DNA of 64,000 nt from Kudoa neothunni (Eukaryota > Animalia > Cnidaria). Positions within the stretch are counted from its first letter, which is position 1, and every line of letters begins with the position of its first letter. The translations under genes and the position numbers were made by a program. The stretch is taken from positions 4,551,354 to 4,615,353 of the forward strand of contig OZ199838.1 in the NCBI GenBank assembly GCA_964304625.1, written 5' to 3'. The notes beneath the pieces were generated by a model. That model was not told the origin of the DNA. It saw only the letters and a program-made list of their open reading frames with translations, and ran no database searches. This document shows positions 54,329-64,000 of this stretch, piece by piece.

Positions 54329-54600
54329 TTTTTTGTTCACAAGGTGATACCCTTGGCGAAGCTTAGAGAGCTGTGGGATTCCGGCGGGTCTGACCCGATA
54401 AACTCCGTAAGTATTGTAGCGAGTAGCAAACAAATGACCCCTAGTCTCATTTTATTGCGGTTTTGTGGGAGTTTAACCCATTAAACATCATTGTCTCATC
54501 TAAGGAGACAACCAGTTCAAATCCTACCCTATAAATTGCGTTAAGTCTAGGTCCAATAGGATTTTTTATCCAATAAACCCTTCGTAGTCCAAACTTCTAA
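54329..54600 (-). mobile_element. Third, more diverged copy of the retroposon 3'-tail family
   Basis: Minus strand reads GATGTTTAATGGGTTAAACTCCCACAAAACCGCAATAAAAT..CCACAGC..CGCCAAGGGTATCACCTTGTGAACAAAAAA. Confidence 0.6.
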
Positions 54601-54685
54601 TTAGACCCTCCATAAGTGACTGAATTACGACCGTAATTGAACCCCACATAATACTGAGCTAACAATTAAACAAAACATTCATTAA

Positions 54686-56791
54686 ACCTGGAATACCTGG
54701 AACGGGCAATTGTGGTCCACTAGCGAAAAAACACTAATATCTTTTCGGGTTAATAAGTTATTAATTTCCAATTACGTGAATTTTATTGTGTAAACTTGCT
54801 AAATAAATTGTTAAAATATTAGATTGCCAGACTTAGTCAGTTTACGAATAAACGAAAAAACAAAAAAAGTTACGTAAACACCTGAGTAGGACCACAGTGG
54901 TCCACCTGATATTAATGATCGAATCGTCCTTTGAAACATTAATGAAACTATTGAATTCTATAAATGACGTTCTATAATCGAATCTGTATGTAACTGAGTA
55001 TTTTATAACAAATTATAGTTTAATTTAAGAATATAAAAACGTATAAATGAAATTTAAGGTGCGCCATCAATGTGCTGGGAAACGTCTAAAATGAGTTCTG
55101 CTAGAGAAATTAATTTTCATGAAGCTTAAGATGAAAGCGTAAATGAACTGGTCAATAATGAGGATGATTGTGATGTAAATGACAGCAACAAAAGTATTGA
55201 AGATTCTTCAGAAATCTCTTGTGGCGTGTCAAAAGACGGAGAAAAGTGGTGCAAATCTCCAACAATAACTGAGAGGAGAGTGACACAGGAAAATATATAC
55301 AAGGGAAAGTCAGAATTTTCCAAAGAAGAAAGACTTTTAGGACTGACTCCATCGAGAGAATTTAGTAATTTCTTGAACCCTTTTTATACTAGATGAGATC
55401 GTATGTTGCACAAATATGTTAATCAAGCTAGAAAAACCCCACATAAAAAAATTGATTTGGGTGTAGTCATACTTATTGGTGTGATGAATGGGAAGAACGA
55501 GAATATTAGAAAGTTCCGGAGTGAAAATTACGGTCTATCACCCATAATAAAAAAATATCCAGAAATCGCTTCGAAAAAATTACTTCTTCTATTAGATTTG
55601 ATACTAGACGTAGCAGAAATCGTGATGACAAATTAGCTCTAATTAGAAATATTTTTGACTGCGTCATAAAGACATGCAGGGATAATTACAACCCATCCTC
55701 TCAGTTGACCGTTGACGAATAGCTTGTAACATTTAGAGGACGATGTCCCCTCAAAAAGTTTATTCCATAAAAGCCTGGTAGGTATGGAATCAAAATCTGG
55801 GCGTTGTGTAATGCGACAAATGCTTATCTATGTCATGCAAAAATATATATTGGCAAGGAAAATGAAGTAGTTGAAAATAACCAGGGCGAAAATGTAATGA
55901 AAGATCTAATGCAACCATATTTAAACATAAATCCAAATGTAACCACAGATAATTGTTTCACTACGTTATCGTTTGCAAGGTATCTTATTTCACATAAGAC
56001 TCCTATTGTTGGAACAGTAAGAAAAAATAAATCGTTTCTTGTTCCCGAATTCCAGTCACCGAAAGGTACAGAAAATAAAATAAAATTTCTTTTCCAGGAC
56101 AAATATACTCTGGTGAGGTTCAACCGGAAGAAAACAAATCGGTAATTCTTTTAAGCTCTTAACATCGAAATGTTGAGATAAACAAGGAGATCAACAAGCA
56201 TGAAATTGTAATGTATTACAATTCAACCAAAAGTGGCGTCGATACCTTAGTCCAGCGCTTCTCAACTAAACCTGGACTAACACCCTCATTTGACGTCAAA
56301 ACGAAATTCGTACCCCCTTTGCATACGATAAGGCGTAACTGACTCAAAATTTCTCAAAAATTATTTTCAATTTTTATCGGATCTCGCACCCCCAGTTGGG
56401 AACCCCTGCTCTAGAACATATTATCCGTTGCTATTCCACCAAGCAAGCTACTCATCATTGGCCGATGGCAATTTTTTTCAATATAATTGATATAAATGCC
56501 TAAAATGCTTCTATTTTGTATATTAATAGAAATCCTCAGTTCCATCGAGCTAATAAAAAGCAATCAATAAGCAAACCTTGAAAATGCTTGCCGAAGAGTT
56601 ACTTGGAGATGACGGTACTGCCAAATCAATCCAGACTAAAAAAACGGAATATTTTTCCTGAGGAGGTTTGTGTCGCGTCTATTCTGTGGTTACAAGGAAA
56701 AAATAGAATATCTTGTACAAAATGCCGACAATACGTTTGTGAGAACTACCGAACGAATATTGTAGAATGTGATACATGTCATTACAATTAA
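54686..56791 (+). mobile_element. piggyBac transposon with degenerate transposase (55071-56791), interrupted by a hAT MITE
   Basis: LTVDE*LVTFRGRCP..KPGRYGIKIWALC, TTDNCFTT, YNSTKSGVDTL, WPMAIFFNIID and C-terminal CTKCRQYVC. Right TIR not identified. Confidence 0.88.
56253..56408. mobile_element. hAT MITE inserted in the piggyBac transposase
   Basis: Ends CAGCGCTTCTCAACT and AGTTGGGAACCCCTG with nnnTAnnn flanks. Removing it restores GVDTL-EHIIRCYSTK. Confidence 0.7.
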
Positions 56792-57112
56792 AATATATTC
56801 ATTATATATTTGAAATTTTTTTCTTCTTTATTAGACGTTTAGGCTTTTTTCTATATATAAAAACATTTTAAATATTCAACATTTTGAGAATACAATGATT
56901 TTTATAAAAATAAATTCACGTTTGAGGGGATATTTTGGTAAATAGGACAGTTTATGTTATTTTCAGCTATTTTGATTCTGAGTCTAATTAAAAGGTTTCA
57001 AAGTGAAATTTTAAGTATTTATAAAGTTTCGTTTTAAATAAACGTATTTCAATTTAATTAACAATCCATTTCTGGCAGAAAATTTTGACCGATGCAAGAA
57101 TCTTATTACATA

Positions 57113-58585
57113 CTAGCGCTAATACCCCACCTTGCCTGATACGATGTGATGGAAAATTTTAACTTTTAGGTTTATTTTTGGATGGAGAAATTCTATAGAA
57201 GATTTAATCTAATTGGCACGTTAGGCCCTGTAAATTTTAATTTTCTATTTTAATTGTTGCATTTTAAAGCTTGTCATTATTTTTGCAATTTGATGACTTA
57301 GAAAAACAAAATTATGCAAGAATTTCCCATTCTAACACAAATAGAGGTATTGAGGGAAATTAAGGGGTATTTTCAAGTTTATTTTACAAATTACTGATCA
57401 AAAATACAATGACCTTAATTTTATGAGCAATTTAATTAACGATTAAAGTTCAATTATTCACAAAACAAAATCATTAAGTAACCTAAATAAGACTTCCAGT
57501 TCGTTTAAAAATTTTGCGACACAAATTAATCCTTCTAGTTATTAAATTTATTATTAGTCTACAAACGATAATAAAATTAAATTAGACCAACTTTAGATGT
57601 GTCAGAAATAAAAATATTAATTGTTACTCATTTTTTGCGATTTTTTAAAGGATGTTAATGAGGTTTTAATAATCTGTGAGAGATAACTTACGTACTCATT
57701 ATTTTAACATAATTTCCCAATTTTTAAATGATTGAAACCTTTCTTTTTGATAAAATTATATAAATTATATTATCAAATGTAGAAACTTACCGAATTAGTT
57801 ATGTCAGCTGTTTTGCAAGAAAGTTTAGGAAAACCAAAAAATGAGTAAAGACTTATCGGAAAGACGAATATAGTTTCAATCTCAATCGATATATTTGATA
57901 AAAATAAATTTTCACGTCTCAGGAATTCCAATGGAGCATAATTTCCATTTAAGAAGTCACCACAAAAATTTAATTATTTGAAAACGATACACACATCTTA
58001 CATCGTTTTTAGAATACGTATAGTGGCCAAAATTATTCCAACGTGGCAACAACTTATAATCTCAAATTATGTGTTATATTTAAATTGATCGTAATCTTTT
58101 TCGATTAACTATATCCATAACGCTTGGAAAGTGAAAATACATCCTAAATAATTTGGTTATGCTTAAAATTTTAAGGGAAATGCTACATCTCTTGTAAATG
58201 TGACGTTAATAGTTTTATTTGTCTTAAAATTACTCCGAATAGGCATACTTAATATTTTTAAAACATTCTATACCATAATTAACAGATTCTGTTTGTGTAT
58301 GATGAGTAAAAGTTCATTCTAATTGAGTAAAACTCTGAAGTGAACAAACATTAAATACTTTGCAGGTATTTTAATCTAGTAATTGATGTAATCAACCAGA
58401 AATTTCCTTAGTTCTGACTGTGGTATTTATTATATTTATACTTCCAAGTAGATGAACGATTTTTGAATGGTATCATTCATTCAAATATAAACTAAAAGCA
58501 GTATTTAAAGAAAGTTTCTCCGTGACACATGAGTACTGCTGCAAACACACACTGACAAACATAAGAGCTTGCTATATATAGTAGA
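57113..58585 (-). mobile_element. Non-autonomous Helitron-like element
   Basis: Minus strand reads A|TCTACTATATATAGC ... GGCAAGGTGGGGTATTAGCGCTAG|T. Ends resemble those of 27812-28446. Confidence 0.55.
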
Positions 58586-59479
58586 TATATTTTTGAGTGT
58601 TACTAAATAATAAAATTAAACCGAAAATTTCGTCATTAACTCAAACAAAACTAGGACTAAAACGATTCCGATTATATCGGAGTAATAATTACGTCCATCT
58701 GTTGCAATTTTTCATTTTAAAGCATTCTTTTAGTACGATTTTTTTATGTGAATAGTCGCACAAAACAAGAAACGAAAATGAAGAAGATAGTGATTTATAT
58801 ATCCCCGCATTGATCAGTTATGCCTAAAATTCGCATACACTCCACCAAAGTTTTATCACATTCCACGTCGGTAAATATTGGATGAATAATTCAGTGACAT
58901 CGAGGAGGTAAAGGGTCGTGACTTCAGTAAAGCATATTCATCGGCGCTCGAGAAAATAACTTGATAAAATAAATTTAACTTAATCGTTTTTTCTTGGTGT
59001 ATCAAGGGACTAATAATCAGTCTCGCAAAACTCCTAATATATATTTATAATTATACCAAATGTATTTTTAGCTTAATATTTCTTCAAGTGGTGTAAAAAG
59101 GAGAATGCAATTCAAAGTAAATTTTACCGAGTAAACAAACTATACACCAATTGGATAATAAATATGTATTTAACAAATAGAAAATAATTTTTAAAATATT
59201 TAAAAGTCCAATTATATTTTAGAAAGCTCTCAAGTATAAGCGTATTGGCAGTGAATTATGGATTCCTATCACACGAGTGGTATAACGTAGTCTTCTGAAG
59301 TTAAATATCGTAACGAATTCACTGAAAACATAAAAATCAGAATTTTAATTTCATAAACGATTTGAATTTGTAGAAATTTAATGGAATAAAACAAACGTTT
59401 CGCAACACCCAAGGTGAAAAAAATCTTCTTCGTCACTCATCGGGAAGGCCACGTTAGACATTCGGTTGAAGCTTCCGGA

Positions 59480-60252
59480 ATGGGTATGTGTTTCACAACT
59501 GTTCTGTCCATTAACACTTTCAATGATTTCTTTTAACTTTGTTAGGTATTTCAAGAGATTCACTTCATAAGAAAAGAAGCACTGGAGGATGTAAATCCAT
59601 CTACATGAAGAAACGCAAGCATTGTCTTGCCAGACCAAAAACTCTTACCAAGGTGATTCACAATTTCTATTGTTATTCTTCGCAATTTATCATTGATTCA
59701 GATTGGAGCTAAAAGAGTTAGAATTGTTCGTACCAGAGGAGGCCACGAAAAGAAAAGAGCTCTACGACTGGACTCTGGTAATTTCAGTTGGGGTTCCGAA
59801 TCCATCACTAGAAAGGCTCGTATCACCGACGTAGTTTATCATCCTTCCGATAACGAATTTATCAGAACCAAAACTGTCGTCAGAAATTCTATTGTACAAA
59901 TCGATGCCAACCCATTCAAAAACTGGTATCAGTCCTACTACAATGCATCCATCGGTAAAAAGAAGGACACTTCTACTGACGCAACCGCTCCTAAAACCAT
60001 AGGAAAAAAAGCTCAAGCCAAATTCGAACAACGACAAAAACACGCCAAAGTTGAGTCAGCCGTCGAGGACCAATTTGTTTTCGGAAAACTCTATGGTATA
60101 ACAGCTATATGATAAATATCTAAATTTGATGTTGTTTCGCAGCTTGCATTTCATCCAGACCTGGACAATGTGGTCGTGCTGATGGATATATTCTTGAAGG
60201 AAAAGAACTTGAATTTTACCTCAAGAAAATCAAATCTAAGAAGAACAAATAA
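59480..60252 (+). CDS. RPS8: 40S ribosomal protein S8 (eS8), 4 exons
   Basis: ATG G|intron 59484-59545, further introns 59653-59701 and 60096-60142. Reads [63 protein letters not shown]. Confidence 0.97.
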
Positions 60253-61072
60253 CTCTATATTGTAGCAGTAGCTCTCAACGCTGTCATTATTTTAGCATAT
60301 ACATTCTTTTTGTTGCGTTGTAAGCCATCAAAACATAATCACTAAATCAATTAGTAATTCTAGTTTTTGAATTGACTAATCGGGTCTTCTTATGATGGTG
60401 TTGTTGTCGCTAATCCGCATAGTTTTTATTTTTAGTTTATCATTAGTTCATGCGTGCTTAATTTTCTTAATTCCTGTCCAAATTTACGCATTAGCAGCGA
60501 GAAACTTAATACAAATTCCTTAGGGAGAGTTATTCAGTCAGCCCGAAATGTTCATAACATTTAAGGTTGTTTTCAGTTCGATTAAGTATTGCATTTTTTT
60601 AAAAATATGAAGGTTTTTTGTTAATGCACTATAACTTTTAGTATAGCAATAACCATTCTTTGAAGGGCGTTAAGAAGTATTTGGCCGGGGCTTCCCAACT
60701 AAGATGTGCGAACAAGGGCCATGAAGGTTCGGTCATGGTCATTTCTAGAACAGTTCTCAACGTTGCAAACCATTTTTTAGATTAACGTGTTAATTTTTTG
60801 CGCATAAGAAAATTTGCACGAGTTTAAAAATAGGACGGGTTAAATCTTATATAAGATATTCATGTCTTAGTATGAATGTGGTTATGCCACGTAAATAATA
60901 TTCAAATGCCACTAGTTCTGGCGATATTTAATTATTGCTGACCCGCCGCTTCACTCTTAATGGTCATAAATAAATATGGTGGATTCCAAAAAATAAAATC
61001 TGTATGTTGCTTGAGAATACGAGCCACTGAGATTAAAAATTCACATTGCGCATGCGTACATGTCATCTAGGA

Positions 61073-63242
61073 TAGGGGTCACCAAAGTTTTTAACTGGCG
61101 AGCTAAATTTTAGATTTTCGTAAATTTCTAGGCCCGATTCAAAAATTTTTGAGGAACAAAACAATTATAAAAACGAAATAAAAATAATATAAATACACTC
61201 AGTAATCGATTTTGCACACTTCTTGCGAATTTGTTTAATTTTAGTTCTAAATTTTTCCATTGTCTATATAAACAAATATATTCAACTTAACGGTAATTTT
61301 GATTCAAATAATTGACTGGAAATGATGGAAATATATACTCCAAATCACATGACGTGTCGATTTTGCACAATTTTTTCTGGACATTGTTGGTCAACATAGA
61401 ATTATTCCCAGAAAAATTAGAAATTTAGCGATAAGCGTAAGTAAAAACATAAGAACCTTATAAGTAAAATACGAAATCATAAAACACTTCAAAAATCTTC
61501 CATCAACCCTGGAAGGACAGACAAAAAACTTACGCGAGGAACCAACTGGAGTCAGTTTTTATCCCAGGACATTTTCATTATTTTAAACAGCTAAATTCTT
61601 TTACTCCGACAAGTTGTTATATTTATTATATGTATTTAATAAAAATTAGGTAATGGGATTTCTTCCATTGCTATGTTACTGTTAAATGTTTGCATCGCTC
61701 CATATACCGATACCCCTGTTATTTTTATATTAATGGATATAATGACTAAAATAGGTATATACCATTATTTTAGAAAATTTTCAGAGAATGAACGATAATA
61801 AAAGAATATCTAATTGTGTTTCAATGCGAACTTCGAGCATAGGACCCAAGGATGTAATGATTACAATCTAAGGTGAGGCTCGATAATACGTGTACGCAAT
61901 TGTAGATTATGATTTGATCTTTGCTTATTAAATGAGGGGCGCCCTTCCCAACTAACTTAAAGTTATTCAGGTGTAGAGACTATATAACATATTTTTAATA
62001 AAAAATATATACATTTAAAGCTGATGACGGATTTTTGTTGACTCCCTTCTTTTGATCTAAAGTAGAAATTCGATGTATGTCTTCCTTCATTATATTATTT
62101 GTTGAAGACTCCTCTAAAGGATAATCTCTGGATAATCACCAGGGTCGAACCGAATCCATCGGTTTGAAACCAAAAAATGCATTAATTACGCTTCTAATAA
62201 TGTTCTAACACCTTTTAATCAAAATTAATGTCATTAGTTATCTATATAATATTTATTATTTTGATATCAATTCGTAATAATTCCATTTAAATGAAGCAAT
62301 GGACACATCGCTTATTAAAAGTAAAATATTTAAATCAGTAGATACATTTTTTTTCTTTGTAACTTTATAATTATCAATTACAGACTTTAATCAAGGAATC
62401 CAGAATCTTTGAGCCCTCATATTATTTAATATGCGAAAAAAAGTTAAACTATCAAAATTGGGGTCATAAATGACCCCAGTTGGTCCCACGAAGGTTAATA
62501 AGCGTTAAGATAGTTATTGTGAGACATTTCAACATATCAAAAATAGCAATCATAAATGACCTCCCGAAAAAAAGAATTAAATTTTTTAGCTTATTTCAAA
62601 AAGTTTGGTTCGGTTCCAATTATTGTTAGAATTGGAAATTGAGGCGTACATGACATAGCGGGTCTAAATAGGGCACAAACCGCAATAATTGATTTTTTTT
62701 CAAAAATGTAAATTAAATATCACTTGGTTTTTTGTCCACTGTAGTACCTCTATTCATTTATGTTATTTCAATAAAAAGGACGCCAATTTTTTCTTTTAAA
62801 TTTCAAAAAAGGGATATATAGTTTTTACATGGTCCGGAAGGGATTGTGCGAAATCGATTATCTACTGTATAACAAAAATATGAATTTGTTTGAGTGTGAA
62901 ACATGGAATTGATTCATATTTGATAAAAGTTTTCCTTGTGAGGTATCAAATTCATCAGACAGGTAGTGTCAAGGTAAGCAGTGTATGTCTTGGAGGGTAC
63001 AAAAAGAAATCGAATTTTCTTATAAACATAGTTTCTCTTTTATTTAATATTTTTATACTGATTTATGTGGGTATTTTACATAAAATGGTAACTTTTTGGT
63101 AATTTTTTGTCAGCATAAGCACAACCTGGCACTGCATCCAGGTCGCCCTATTAATTCCACAGGCGCACCCAAAATTAGGATGTGTCGCATGTGTGTTCGA
63201 GTTTTGAGGGGGACAATTGGGGTCGTACTTTGGTAACCCCTG
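61073..63242. mobile_element. hAT (Buster-type) non-autonomous element containing a piggyBac-like MITE (~61527-62495)
   Basis: TIRs TAGGGGTCACCAAAGT and ACTTTGGTAACCCCTG, flanks ATCTAGGA / GTCTATAA. Inner element ends are ..GGAACCAACTGGAGTCA and TGACCCCAGTTGGTCCCACGAAGG|TTAA. Confidence 0.7.
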
Positions 63243-63291
63243 GTCTATAATTAAAGTTTACTGTGTCAATGGACTCCGCTTTAAAAAACAT

Positions 63292-63803
63292 GCCTGATCA
63301 ATATGGCATAGTGGTGTTAGGTCGAGATCGCATACCGTGAAGTTGCAAGTTCGAAGCCTAGTCCAGGTATTCCTATACTCCTAATCCGAAATTGAGTAGG
63401 AAAGCTGTAGTAATCGCAAAGATCTACGATTTATCGTGGCCTTGCTTGTAGCTGGGAGGGAAGCCTGGCGGAAGGGTAGATCTTGGGCGCTCATAAACGT
63501 GGGGATACGGGAATGAAATAGAACCCAGTAAGGGAAGGGGTTTCCGTAGAGCCGACGCCCGCATTCAGATGACTTTTCCAGACTAATTCTGGGTTAGTCC
63601 AAGGTATGGTTAAGGTGGTGGTGGTTTCTCCGAAACGAGGATGTTTAGTGGGTTAAAATCCCACACTACCGCATAAAGATAAGGGGTGGGATTTCATGTT
63701 ACGTCCTGCAGTGCCTAAAGCGTTAATAGAAGAGGTATGACCAACCCGAATTCCACAACCTAATAAGTTGCGCCAGGGGTTTTACCTTGTAAATAAAAAA
63801 AAA
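63292..63803 (+). mobile_element. tRNA-derived SINE (about 510 bp) with the shared structured 3' tail
   Basis: A box TGGCATAGTGG (63304-63314), B box GTTCGAAGC (63349-63357), GC-rich body, tail homologous to 8806-9000 and 54329-54500, poly(A) end. Confidence 0.75.
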
Positions 63804-64000
63804 TTATGAGTGTCTTATTGAATTTCAATCTTTAGTAAGTGAATTTGAAGGGAACTATATTGTTTCAACTGAAACGTCTATTGAGTCGGTGGAATATGAA
63901 AATACCCAATACCCAATAATAAGTAAAAGTGGTATTATGTGGGGTTTTAGTAAACCGATAACATCAAGAATCGGTGTAGAAAATACAGTAGGTAATCGAT

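Noticed and set aside
63292-63370. Functional tRNA-Met gene (CAT in the loop)
   Set aside because: The anticodon and T stems do not pair properly, and the sequence runs on into a repeat body and poly(A). It is better explained as a SINE head.
1-64000. Alternative genetic code or non-canonical splice sites
   Set aside because: The conserved genes translate with the standard code and the introns I checked are GT-AG. In-frame stops are confined to TE remnants, one decaying orphan and homopolymer-associated shifts.

Overview
AT-rich eukaryotic nuclear DNA with very short GT-AG introns (mostly about 33-90 nt). Myosin-IX and FoxO indicate an animal. The compact introns and fast-evolving proteins suggest a reduced parasite such as a myxozoan (inference only). 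Six recognisable spliced host genes lie on +: eIF4A, MRPS15 (largely missed by the ORF track), a class IX myosin-C1-RhoGAP, an SLC35B4-like nucleotide-sugar transporter, FoxO and RPS8. There are also two orphan multi-exon genes predicted to encode signal peptide + ectodomain + single TM proteins. Much of the intergenic DNA is transposon debris: pogo/Tigger, Merlin, two related MULEs, piggyBac, several hAT elements/MITEs, Helitron-like elements, and three diverged retroposon-like elements sharing a structured 3' tail, one with a tRNA-type Pol III head. Highlights are that probable LINE/SINE tail family, transposases carrying host-style mini-introns (one position shared by two diverged MULEs), nested transposons, an eIF4A with Asn at the rocaglate-contact Phe, and a FoxO without canonical Akt motifs. 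All gene models were spliced and translated by eye and need RNA-seq confirmation.
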